DNA of 64,000 nucleotides from an uncultured Anaerolineales bacterium (GTDB lineage: Bacteria; Chloroflexota; Anaerolineae; Anaerolineales; UBA11858): assembly GCA_964627755.1 (NCBI GenBank), contig CAZVIH010000013.1, positions 2,148-66,147 on the forward strand, in the 5' to 3' direction. The notes below the pieces were generated by a model that searched no databases, was not told where the DNA came from, and saw only the letters and a program-made list of their open reading frames with translations. A program made the translations under genes and the position numbers. Shown here one piece after another: positions 19,356-27,873 of the stretch; the first letter of the stretch is position 1; every line of letters starts with the position of its first letter.

Positions 19356-19988
19356 TTATCCTGCGATCAGTTTCCCAACCAGCATGCTGCCAAGGATGGC
19401 ACAACCATCGGTTGGTAAATGATAGTCCGCGATATCTTCAAAGAGTATTTTATAGGAAGGGGGGAATTCATCATCCCCTTTCCAGAATACGATGAGGATC
19501 GCCAGCTGGGGCAGGATCTGGTAGCGGAAGGCACCATCGCCAAAATCAACCTTTATCCCGCATTGATTCTCATTCCTGACCTCAAATTTTCCATAATCTG
19601 TCTGAAAATATTGGGCCAGTTTCCGGGCTGTATATCCCTGGAAGGCGGAGTTATAGAACTGGCCATCTGCTAGTTCAGAAAAGGAGATCCAGTTCCCCGT
19701 CGCGGGTGATCCCTTGGATGAATGGAAATAGTACAGGATCATGGCCTGGTGAATGGGAGGAAGGGGATGACGAGTTTCAGGATCTCTGGCAATAAAATCA
19801 CTGCTGGAAAAAACGACAGGTTTTCCCCAGTAGAGGAACTCAAATACTCCATCCCCATTCTCTTTTCGGAGTGATGTCCCTGTGAGTTCTGCCAGCTGGT
19901 CCACGTCCCGTTGAAAGAGATCTCCCCGGAGTTCATCAGCTCTGCGCTCCAGGGGTTCCTGGTCTTTGTTCATGATAAACTCGCTCAT
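19356..19988 (-). CDS. DUF3786-like protein (unknown function)
   Basis: 210 aa and soluble. The assignment rests on my recollection that proteins of this size and pattern (WGKPV..., FQILPQLAILIVFWKGDDEFP, LGSMLV) belong to DUF3786, which often neighbours CooC-type ATPases. It needs an HMM check. Confidence 0.5.
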   Translation of the reverse strand: MSEFIMNKDQEPLERRADELRGDLFQRDVDQLAELTGTSLRKENGDGVFEFLYWGKPVVFSSSDFIARDPETRHPLPPIHQAMILYYFHSSKGSPATGNWISFSELADGQFYNSAFQGYTARKLAQYFQTDYGKFEVRNENQCGIKVDFGDGAFRYQILPQLAILIVFWKGDDEFPPSYKILFEDIADYHLPTDGCAILGSMLVGKLIAG

Positions 19989-20115
19989 AAATTATTATCC
20001 TTTTGAAGGCGTTTCTGAACAGCCCTTTTTAGTTCCCCGGGTTTAAACCCAAAGGGTCCTAAACCTCCGGCCTAGACCACCAGTCCGTTTTTATCGATCA
20101 GGTGTAAACGAGCTG

Positions 20116-20144
20116 GCCAGGCAGTTGCATCCTGGCGGTTTTTT
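20116..20144 (+). terminator. Orphan terminator-like hairpin with no upstream +strand gene
   Basis: GCCAGG-cagttgcat-CCTGGC followed by GGTTTTTT. Confidence 0.35.
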
Positions 20145-20290
20145 CACTTTACTTGCTAAAGATTATCCCTTGTAAAAGGGTATCATACCATGCACGGACG
20201 AGGGGCACTTTTCTGATAGTCCATTATCACAAATTTCTAATATTCAGGGCAGCAGTGTCCCGCGCAATTGATATTTATGAAAAATAACTC

Positions 20291-20319
20291 TTGACCTGAA
20301 AATTGGGTGATGTTACACT
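20291..20319 (+). promoter_or_regulatory. Sigma-70-like promoter candidate for the leader and MFS gene
   Basis: TTGACC, a 17-nt spacer, then TACACT. Confidence 0.4.
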
Positions 20320-20352
20320 AACACCCGGTCAAATTATTTTACCGAGGAATTC

Positions 20353-20427
20353 ATGAACAAGCTCGATGTAAAAACCTTTTCTTCCTGCGGATACGCAGAC
20401 TTATCTGGGAGGTTTCCCATTGCTTGA
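20353..20427 (+). CDS. Candidate 24-aa leader peptide (MNKLDVKTFSSCGYADLSGRFPIA)
   Basis: GAGG lies 5 nt upstream of the ATG. The sORF sits between the promoter candidate and an intrinsic terminator, upstream of the MFS gene. Confidence 0.25.
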   Translation: MNKLDVKTFSSCGYADLSGRFPIA

Positions 20428-20456
20428 GCTTGTGTAATTATCAATGACATAACTTA

Positions 20457-20491
20457 AGCTCCGGGAACCTTAAATCCCCGGGGCTTTTTTT
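20457..20491 (+). terminator. Intrinsic terminator / attenuator in the MFS leader
   Basis: AGCUCCGGG-11 nt-CCCGGGGCU (9 bp including one G-U) followed by seven T. It lies 85 nt upstream of the MFS start. Confidence 0.6.
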
Positions 20492-20575
20492 CTTAATCGG
20501 ATCAGGTCTCGGGTAAATCCCGCGGCCTGTTTTTTTTTACAGGCAACAAGTCATTATTACACACAAGGAATTAAA

Positions 20576-21826
20576 ATGTTGTTCAGTAATTCAATGAAGA
20601 GAGTAAATTCGATCTACCGGGAATACCCCAAGCAATTCTGGATCATTGTCGGTTCAAATTTTATCGACCATGTTGGCGGCGCCTTGATCTTCCCCTTCTT
20701 CGCGCTGTACATCACCATGAAATTCCAGGTGGGCATGACAGAAGTGGGTTTGTTATTTGCCCTGTTCTCTGTCACGGATATGATCGGGAATATGATCGGA
20801 GGTGCGTTAACTGATTTCCTCGGCCGGAAAACCATGATAATCATGGGCCTGATCATCAGCGCGCTGACCAGCCTGGGAATGGGTCTGGTTCAGGAGCTGG
20901 AATGGTTTTATGTCATGGGAGCGATATCAGGCTTGTTCGCAACCGCGGCCGGCCCGGCCCATGAAGCGATGTTAATCGATATCCTTCCGGAAAAGAAAAG
21001 ATCTGAAGGTTTTGGAGTAATGAGGGTAGCGACGAACCTCTCGGTAGCGATCGGCCCGGTAATCGGCGGATTTCTGGCATCCAGGTCATACCTGATCCTT
21101 TTTATTGCAGATACGGTCACCAGCTTGATGACTGCTTTGATCGTTTACCTGGTGGTTGAAGAGAGCAAGCCAGAAGAAAAAGAATCCAAAGTTAAAAAAG
21201 GTTTTAAGGATACTTTTATCGGATATGGTGATGTGATAAAGGACAGAAAATTCATGTTGTTTGTGGTGATCTCGACCATTGCTACATTGGTTTACTCCCA
21301 GATGTACAGCACTTTGTCCGTCTTCTTACGGGATGTGCATGGTGTTCCCGAGTCCGGTTATGGCTGGTTGATGACTCTGAATGCAGGCATGGTGGTCCTG
21401 TTCCAGTTTATGATCACCCGCAGGATCTCGAAACGCCCGCCGATGTTGATCCTGGCTTTGGGATCGCTATTATATGTGATTGGATTTGGCATGTACGGAT
21501 TTGTAGATATTTATCTGCTGTTCATGCTGGCGATGGTGATCATCACCATCGGAGAAATGGTCATAATTCCGGTTGCCCAGGCTTATGTTGGCCAGGCGGC
21601 GCCAGAAGATATGCGGGGCCGCTATTCAGGGGTGATGGGTTTCTCAAAGATGATTCCCTGGATGATTGGTCCGTTACTGGCCGGCTTGATCATGGATAAC
21701 GGAGATCCTAACTGGGTCTGGTATGGCAGTGCCATACTTGGAATGGTCGCCGCCCTGGGATTCCTGTGGCTGCGAAAGAGCCACAATCAGGACTGGATTC
21801 CTGCAGTTGAGAGTTCAGAATTGTAA
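20576..21826 (+). CDS. MFS transporter
   Basis: 416 aa with 12 predicted TM helices. MFS signature-like loop GALTDFLGRKTM between TM2 and TM3. Confidence 0.85.
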   Translation: MLFSNSMKRVNSIYREYPKQFWIIVGSNFIDHVGGALIFPFFALYITMKFQVGMTEVGLLFALFSVTDMIGNMIGGALTDFLGRKTMIIMGLIISALTSLGMGLVQELEWFYVMGAISGLFATAAGPAHEAMLIDILPEKKRSEGFGVMRVATNLSVAIGPVIGGFLASRSYLILFIADTVTSLMTALIVYLVVEESKPEEKESKVKKGFKDTFIGYGDVIKDRKFMLFVVISTIATLVYSQMYSTLSVFLRDVHGVPESGYGWLMTLNAGMVVLFQFMITRRISKRPPMLILALGSLLYVIGFGMYGFVDIYLLFMLAMVIITIGEMVIIPVAQAYVGQAAPEDMRGRYSGVMGFSKMIPWMIGPLLAGLIMDNGDPNWVWYGSAILGMVAALGFLWLRKSHNQDWIPAVESSEL

Positions 21827-21851
21827 AAGGGTTAGAATTAGGAAAGAAAAG

Positions 21852-22877
21852 ATGAAAATGAAATTACCAGAACACTATACTTCTCGCCAGGCTGTGATGG
21901 AAGACTTGCCCGAGATCCACCGCCTGGAACATAAAAAATCACTTCATTACACCGGCATGGATGGCTTTTCCCTGGAACGGCTGAGGAACGAGTATGAGAC
22001 TCCGGGATTCGAGGTCAATAAAAGTGTTCATCTGGTTGAGGATCAGCAGGGAGGACTTGTAGGTCTGGTGGAAGTCTGGGACCAAATCGATCCCCCTGTG
22101 CATCCCTACGTATGGATTTCGGTGGACCCCGATCACGAGAAACAAGGCCTTGAAAACTACCTGATCGGTTGGGCAGAGGAACGTGCCCAGCAAGTTTTCA
22201 GACGAGTTGATCCAGACTTACGAGTCGCAATACGGGTTCACATAAACCATGATAATGAAACCGTTGCAGAAGCGCTGGAATCTGCGGGTTTTAAAAAGAT
22301 CCGGCACGGCTTCCGGATGCGAATTGAAATGGACCGAAAACCTGAAACCCCTCTTTGGCCTGAGGGCATTTCCCTGCGCCGGTATAATCCCGATCAGGAT
22401 GCGAGGGCTGTGTATGAAACAGATGAAGAGGCCTTCCAGGACCATTTTGGTATTATCAAAGAAGACCCAGATGTGGGCTTTGAAAGATTTATGCATCATA
22501 TGACTGGCGATGATTCCTACGATCCATCGTTGTGGTTCCTGGCGGTAGATGAAAAAGATCAAATCGTAGCTATCTGCCTCTGCCGCCGGTACGGCGCGGA
22601 GGACAAAGAGGCAGGTTATGTATCCAGTCTGGGCGTAAAACGCCCCTGGAGGCGCCAGGGTATCGCCCAGGCTCTTTTATTGGAGGCTTTTGGCGAGTAT
22701 TACAAGCGTGGCAAGAACAAAGTGGACCTGGGGGTAGACGCTGAATCCCTTACCGGCGCGACCGATCTGTACAAAAAAGTGGGTATGTTTGTCCTGCGCC
22801 AGTATGACATGTACGAAAAGGTCCTGCGTCCAGGTAAAGATGTTAGTGTTAATACTTTGGACACATCAGAGGAATAA
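21852..22877 (+). CDS. GNAT family N-acetyltransferase with two tandem GNAT domains (MshD-like architecture)
   Basis: The C-terminal domain has the canonical acetyl-CoA motif RRQGIAQALL. The N-terminal domain has a degenerate version (HEKQGLENYL). The start is placed at MKMKLPEHY, because the ORF-track start at 21723 would overlap the MFS gene by 104 nt. Confidence 0.75.
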   Translation: MKMKLPEHYTSRQAVMEDLPEIHRLEHKKSLHYTGMDGFSLERLRNEYETPGFEVNKSVHLVEDQQGGLVGLVEVWDQIDPPVHPYVWISVDPDHEKQGLENYLIGWAEERAQQVFRRVDPDLRVAIRVHINHDNETVAEALESAGFKKIRHGFRMRIEMDRKPETPLWPEGISLRRYNPDQDARAVYETDEEAFQDHFGIIKEDPDVGFERFMHHMTGDDSYDPSLWFLAVDEKDQIVAICLCRRYGAEDKEAGYVSSLGVKRPWRRQGIAQALLLEAFGEYYKRGKNKVDLGVDAESLTGATDLYKKVGMFVLRQYDMYEKVLRPGKDVSVNTLDTSEE

Positions 22878-22896
22878 GTATTAACAAAGGAGATTG

Positions 22897-23505
22897 ATGA
22901 TCCAAACAGTTATTTTTGATCTGGGCGGGGTGCTGGTCAGAACTGAGGACCGGCACCCTCGCCAGCGCCTGGCAGAAAAATTCGGCTTGACCTATGAAGA
23001 GATCGATCAGCTGGTTTATGGATCTGCTACCTCAAAACTGGCTGGCGAGGGTAAGATCAGTGCTGAAGAGCACAAGCAGGCTATCCTCGAGGCCCTGGAT
23101 CTTCCTCTGAATTCATTTAAGAGCTTTGGGGATGAATTCTGGGGTGGTGACCGCCTGGATAAGAAGCTGGTTGATTTCATCCGGGATCTGCGGGGTGAAT
23201 TCACTACTGCCCTGCTGAGCAATGCCTGGGATGACTTAAGACCGCTGCTGGTCAATTTCTGGAAAATTGACGGGATCTTTGACCACATCTTCATCTCTGC
23301 AGAATTACAAATGGCCAAACCTGACCCGGCAATCTATCAGTATGTGATCCATCAGATCAGCGGTGATCCTTCCACTATGGTATTTGTAGATGATTTTATA
23401 GAAAATGTCATCGCGGCCCGGGAAGCTGGTCTCAACGCCATCCATTTCCGGTCCCGGGAACAGGCTCTGTTTGAATTAGCCGAGTACCTGGATACCGATC
23501 ATTAA
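22897..23505 (+). CDS. HAD superfamily hydrolase (subfamily IA)
   Basis: Motif I VIFDLGGVL, motif II LLSNA and motif III/IV K...VFVDD. AAGGAG lies 4 nt upstream of the ATG. Confidence 0.8.
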   Translation: MIQTVIFDLGGVLVRTEDRHPRQRLAEKFGLTYEEIDQLVYGSATSKLAGEGKISAEEHKQAILEALDLPLNSFKSFGDEFWGGDRLDKKLVDFIRDLRGEFTTALLSNAWDDLRPLLVNFWKIDGIFDHIFISAELQMAKPDPAIYQYVIHQISGDPSTMVFVDDFIENVIAAREAGLNAIHFRSREQALFELAEYLDTDH

Positions 23506-23525
23506 CTGAAACAACTCAGATTCCT

Positions 23526-24095
23526 ATGGCTAGAAAACTCTTTTTTACGTTGACCTACTGGTTTGGTAATCCACCTTGGGATTCCGGGATCACCCCGCCC
23601 GAGCTAATCAGATATCTGGAAAAGAACAGACCTGGCAGAGCTCTGGATCTGGGCTGTGGAACCGGGACGAATGTGATCACCATCGCGGAACACGGCTGGT
23701 TGGCAGAAGGAGTGGATTATGTACCGAGGGCTGTGAGAGTCGCCAGACGAAAAGCCAGAAAACGCAATCTGGATGATCGAGTTAAATTCCGGGCCGGTGA
23801 CGTCTTGTCCCCAACTGTTTTTCAGGGGAAGTATGACCTGATCCTGGATATCGGCTGTTTTCACAGCTTCTCGGGCGATAATGTCGATCGCTATATAGAG
23901 AATATATCCTCCCATTTGGTAAATGGCGGCAGTATGTTGTTATATGCGCACCTGGCTGGATCTTCCGGTACGGGGCATGGTGCGTCTGAAGAGAGCTTAA
24001 AAAAAATGGTGGAGAAGTTAACACTGGTAAAAAGAGTTGACGGAGAGGAATCCGCCAGGCCTTCTGCCTGGCTGGAGTTTAAAAAAGAAGGATAA
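23526..24095 (+). CDS. Class I SAM-dependent methyltransferase
   Basis: Motif I ALDLGCGTGTN and post-I GVDYV. 189 aa. Confidence 0.8.
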   Translation: MARKLFFTLTYWFGNPPWDSGITPPELIRYLEKNRPGRALDLGCGTGTNVITIAEHGWLAEGVDYVPRAVRVARRKARKRNLDDRVKFRAGDVLSPTVFQGKYDLILDIGCFHSFSGDNVDRYIENISSHLVNGGSMLLYAHLAGSSGTGHGASEESLKKMVEKLTLVKRVDGEESARPSAWLEFKKEG

Positions 24096-24171
24096 AACAC
24101 CCTTCAGGAGAGTGAGGTTACAAGGCCGGTATTTTGACAAAGTGGACATACTATCCACTGAAACTTTATCG

Positions 24172-24206
24172 ACTTACTACTTACTTCTTACGACTTACTT
24201 TCTTGT
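24172..24206. repeat. Degenerate heptanucleotide tandem repeat (ACTTACT-like, about 5 units)
   Basis: ACTTACT ACTTACT TCTTACG ACTTACT TTCTTGT, read directly from the sequence. It lies in a convergent intergenic region. Confidence 0.6.
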
Positions 24207-24223
24207 TTTGCCGCTAATTTCAT

Positions 24224-25204
24224 CTACCCATTTACTATTTCCTTAAAAATATCACCTGCAAGTGAAACGAAATTCCCTGCATCTGTCTCTGTCAGGAGTA
24301 TCCCCCTTTTTTCTCTATTAAGGTTATAGGGTTCCAGGTAACCCGCGGCAAACTTTCGGAAAAAGACCAGACCTTTCTCCTGACCATAAAAACTCACTGA
24401 GCGTTCCAGATGTTGAAGGAAATGATCATGAACCCGGGAAGGTGAGATCTGATCACGATCCAATCCGGAGAAGATCCAGGGATTTTTGATCGCGGATCGG
24501 CCGATCATCACCCCGTCACAATGGGTAGCTTGAACCATTTTGGAGATATCTGAAACCTGGTTGATACCGCCATTTCCTAGAACCGGGATATCGATATTTT
24601 CTTTGATCTCTGCCACTGCTTTCCAGTTTGATTCCCCCTGGTGGCCCTGCTCCTTGGTTCGGGCGTGCACGGCCAGCAGCGATCCGCCGAATTCAGCAAT
24701 GATCTGGGCGATAAGCAGCTGGTTCTGGCAATCCCGCCAGCCCAGGCGGATCTTTCCTGTCAGGGGCAGGTTCAGGGCTTGGCTTAATCGCTTAAAGATC
24801 CTGGCTACTTTCAGCGGTGTTCGCATCAGGCCAGCACCGGCGCCGCGGCCTGTAATGGAGCGGTTGGGGCATCCCAAGTTGATATCAAGGGCGTCCGGCT
24901 GGCGCTTCTGAAGCTCTAATGCGGCTGCCAAAAGGTTGTTTGGATCATGACCATAGAGCTGGAAGAAAACCGGGCGCTCCTGATCTGTGAAATAAAGTTT
25001 ATCCTCGATGTAATGGGGGCGATCAAGAACATCCTCTGCTTTGACAAATTCGGTGTAGCTGACGGCGGAGCCAAGTTCCCGGCACAGGGACCGGAATGGC
25101 CAGTCGGAATAACCGTCCATTGGCGCCAGCACCAGGTTACCTGAGGTTTTTATATTCCCGATCAGGATCGTTGCGGTTTGCCCGGGCATCTTATTTTTTG
25201 ACAA
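24224..25204 (-). CDS. tRNA-dihydrouridine synthase
   Basis: LAPMDGYSDWPFR, the NLGCP active-site region and the overall TIM-barrel Dus pattern. 326 aa. Confidence 0.85.
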   Translation of the reverse strand: MSKNKMPGQTATILIGNIKTSGNLVLAPMDGYSDWPFRSLCRELGSAVSYTEFVKAEDVLDRPHYIEDKLYFTDQERPVFFQLYGHDPNNLLAAALELQKRQPDALDINLGCPNRSITGRGAGAGLMRTPLKVARIFKRLSQALNLPLTGKIRLGWRDCQNQLLIAQIIAEFGGSLLAVHARTKEQGHQGESNWKAVAEIKENIDIPVLGNGGINQVSDISKMVQATHCDGVMIGRSAIKNPWIFSGLDRDQISPSRVHDHFLQHLERSVSFYGQEKGLVFFRKFAAGYLEPYNLNREKRGILLTETDAGNFVSLAGDIFKEIVNG

Positions 25205-26591
25205 AGGCTTCTTTTAAAGCCAGCGATAAGGAACGCACTTCAATAACATTAATATCTTTCGGTAATGAAAAACCTCCGCTGCGCAGCCGTTTGGGGATGA
25301 TGGCGGATTTAAAACCAAGTTTGGCGGCTTCCGTGAGGCGATCACTCATTCGGCTGGCCATTCGCAGCTCGCCCGATAGACCGATTTCACCGATCAGGAT
25401 TGTGTCTGCTTTGATGGGGATATCTTTCACCGAACTGGCGATGGCTGCGGCAACTGCCAGATCGGCAGCTGGTTCACTGATCCTCAAGCCTCCAACAACA
25501 TTTACAAAGACATCCTGATCAGTGAGGTTGTACCCGGCCCGGCGGGTCAAAACAGCAGTGATCAGCAGCAGGCGGTTGAACTCGATCCCGTTGGGTGTCC
25601 GGCGGGGATTACCAAAAGTGGTGGGATTGGTTAATCCCTGGATTTCTACCAGGATAGGGCGGGTGCCTTCCATGGTGACTGCTATGGCCGATCCCGGCGC
25701 GTTAATCATGCGCTCAGCCAGGAAAGCCTCAGAAGGGTTGGAGATTTCGATCATGCCCCGTTCCTGCATTTCAAAGACCCCCACTTCTGAAGTGGCGCCG
25801 AAGCGGTTCTTCACGGAACGCAGTAAACGGTATGCCTGATAACGATCACCTTCCAGATATAAAACGGTGTCTACGATATGTTCCAGAACGCGAGGACCAG
25901 CGATATTGCCTTCTTTGGTGACATGGCCGATCAGAAAAATGCTGGTTCCGGTGTGTTTGGCATACTCCCGGAGAAGAGAAGCACACTCCCTAACCTGGGA
26001 TACAGAACCAGCTGATGATTCCAGCTGGGGGAGGTAGCTGGTCTGAATCGAGTCAACAATCAGAAGTTTGGGTTTGGTCTCCGCAGCGTGGTCAAGAATG
26101 GCATCCAGATTGGTTTCTGTCACAAGCAGCAGTTTGGAGGGCAGGTCAGCCACCTTGCCTTCCTGACCGCGTCGCAAACGATCTGCCCGCATTTTGATCT
26201 GCCTTTCAGATTCTTCCCCAGAAACATATAATACTTTTTCCTGCTCGGCAATTTCCAGGGCAATTTGCAGTAATAAGGTTGACTTGCCAATCCCGGGATC
26301 ACCGCCGATCAAATTGATCGAGCCCGGGACCAGCCCGCCGCCAAGCACTCGGGAAAACTCTTCGTGTTTTAGCTGCATCCTTTTTTCTTCATCAGAATGG
26401 ATATCCTGGATCGGTCGCGGCACAGATGTTGCATAAAAACGAGCAGAGGATGAAGTGGACGCCGGGCTGGTTTTTTCAATTCGTTCTTCCGCCATGGTGT
26501 CCCAGTTGCCGCAGTTCGGGCATCGTCCCAGATAACGGGGATTGGTATAACCACAGTCCTGACAAATGTATTGAGTGTGTGATTTAGCCAT
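25191..26591 (-). CDS. radA: DNA repair protein RadA/Sms
   Basis: N-terminal zinc ribbon CQDCGYTNPRYLGRCPNCGNW, Walker A GDPGIGKST, the KNRFG motif and a C-terminal Lon-like domain. Confidence 0.95.
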   Translation of the reverse strand: MAKSHTQYICQDCGYTNPRYLGRCPNCGNWDTMAEERIEKTSPASTSSSARFYATSVPRPIQDIHSDEEKRMQLKHEEFSRVLGGGLVPGSINLIGGDPGIGKSTLLLQIALEIAEQEKVLYVSGEESERQIKMRADRLRRGQEGKVADLPSKLLLVTETNLDAILDHAAETKPKLLIVDSIQTSYLPQLESSAGSVSQVRECASLLREYAKHTGTSIFLIGHVTKEGNIAGPRVLEHIVDTVLYLEGDRYQAYRLLRSVKNRFGATSEVGVFEMQERGMIEISNPSEAFLAERMINAPGSAIAVTMEGTRPILVEIQGLTNPTTFGNPRRTPNGIEFNRLLLITAVLTRRAGYNLTDQDVFVNVVGGLRISEPAADLAVAAAIASSVKDIPIKADTILIGEIGLSGELRMASRMSDRLTEAAKLGFKSAIIPKRLRSGGFSLPKDINVIEVRSLSLALKEAFVKK

Positions 26592-26665
26592 AAGGAAATT
26601 ATAACGCCTTCAATTTATGGTAAGGTTTTCGAAAATCCGAATATCAGGTTAGTTTGGCACTGCTC

Positions 26666-26693
26666 TTGCAAAATAAGGTTTATACGCTATAAT
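26666..26693 (+). promoter_or_regulatory. Near-consensus sigma-70-like promoter
   Basis: TTGCAA, a 16-nt spacer, then TATAAT. It lies 48 nt upstream of the 94-aa ORF. Confidence 0.5.
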
Positions 26694-26740
26694 GATTATA
26701 GAACAAATGTTCTATTTGGCAAGGGAAGAGGGAGATTTCA

Positions 26741-27025
26741 ATGGATATTGGCATGTTATGGTTTGATAATGATAAAAAGTCCAGCATACCGAGCAAGGTT
26801 GAAAAGGCTGCCCTGTATTATCAAAAGAAATACGGAAAAAACCCTGATGTATGTTATGTTCATCCCAAGACGGTAAAGGGGGAAAATGGAAAGGATAATG
26901 GATCGAAAAAGAATCTGGGGGAGAATCCGCTGAAGATCGGAAAGATCCTGGTGTTGAAAAACGATAACGTTCTTCCGGACCATTTCTGGATCGGGATCCG
27001 CACCATGGAAGATAAGATCAGTTAG
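26741..27025 (+). CDS. Small hypothetical protein (94 aa, Lys/Asn-rich centre)
   Basis: GGGAGA-type SD and a strong promoter candidate. I recognise no family. Its 3' end overlaps the convergent gene by 8 bp. Confidence 0.5.
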   Translation: MDIGMLWFDNDKKSSIPSKVEKAALYYQKKYGKNPDVCYVHPKTVKGENGKDNGSKKNLGENPLKIGKILVLKNDNVLPDHFWIGIRTMEDKIS

Positions 27026-27869
27026 GATGAGTGATATAGATCTCCCAGCTGCCCCAGTAGGAGTCCTCTGATTCGGTCTTACAGGTGGGAACTTCAATAT
27101 CGGTAATGATCAAACCGCTGTCAGGGACTTCGAGCTGGTATGTCAATCCCGGTTCCGCCAGATAGTCCGCATACCCCAATCCCAATTCTGGCTTTAAACC
27201 AGTATAAAAGACTTCTGTTGGATCTGCCCCCAGCGAGATTTCCAGGGCAATTCCTGGAACTCCCTCTCCAGAGCCATCTGTAGCGATGATCTGGATTAAC
27301 GTTTCACCCAGGGTGGGATCGCAAATTGGAGATGAATCTTGCAGGATAAATGGAGGAGATGAAGTAGGGGATGGTGTTGGCAAGCTTGGAACCTGGCTGA
27401 TTGGCTCCCGGGTTGTAATGGCAGATTCTTGACCATCGTTGTCGGAATTTCCGCCATTCGTGGATGCGCCGGAGGTTCCTTCCTCTGGTATTGCGGTAGC
27501 GGTAGGAGGGATAGGAGTTGCTGCTGGTCCGGACGCGATCTGCAGAGAGGCAGAGAGATTTGCAAGCATAATGGCCATCTCGTTATCGCCGTTTTCAGCC
27601 AGGAATCGCTGGGCCTGGGCTGCCAATGCCAAGGCAGGATCATCGTCCCCGATCAGTTCCAGTCGAGCTTCTGCGCGCGGTAGGTTGTTATTGGCCTGGT
27701 AAGCTCGGGAGATCAAAGAGCGGTAGATATCTTTATAGTCATCCCTGAGTAAATTGGGATGCGTGTCAACTTCCGAGATAGGAGAAATTACCCAGGCGTA
27801 TATCAGGCCCAGAGCCAAACCAAGGACCAATCCCGTCAGCAGATACCAGTTACCCCGATTCTGTTCCAT
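27018..27869 (-). CDS. Membrane-anchored protein, unknown function (long paralogue)
   Basis: N-terminal TM helix, then a conserved helical module shared with the upstream 110-aa protein. A Pro/Thr/Ser-rich linker and a C-terminal beta-rich domain follow. Confidence 0.6.
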   Translation of the reverse strand: MEQNRGNWYLLTGLVLGLALGLIYAWVISPISEVDTHPNLLRDDYKDIYRSLISRAYQANNNLPRAEARLELIGDDDPALALAAQAQRFLAENGDNEMAIMLANLSASLQIASGPAATPIPPTATAIPEEGTSGASTNGGNSDNDGQESAITTREPISQVPSLPTPSPTSSPPFILQDSSPICDPTLGETLIQIIATDGSGEGVPGIALEISLGADPTEVFYTGLKPELGLGYADYLAEPGLTYQLEVPDSGLIITDIEVPTCKTESEDSYWGSWEIYITHPN

Positions 27870-27873
27870 TGGG

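Noticed and set aside
20247-20265. The minus-strand GCGGGACACUGCUGCCC resembles the GGGACAGUG element of NiCo riboswitches. This was tempting because the operon encodes CooC-type Ni ATPases.
   Set aside because: It is a single short element. The repeated GGGACAG boxes and the four-helix architecture are not present. NiCo switches control exporters, not CooC.
20190-20335. CGGACGAGG (about 20197) and CCCGGTCA (about 20325) resemble pieces of the guanidine-III riboswitch consensus, upstream of a transporter.
   Set aside because: The two pieces are about 120 nt apart rather than within one 41-nt pseudoknot. The first lies upstream of the predicted promoter, and the rest of the consensus is missing.
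21723-21851. N-terminal extensions offered by the ORF track: GNAT from 21723, uvrA from TTG 52532, the response regulator from 12975 and the permease from 318.
   Set aside because: The extensions overlap upstream genes or lack an SD. In each case an internal ATG with a good SD coincides with the start of the conserved domain.
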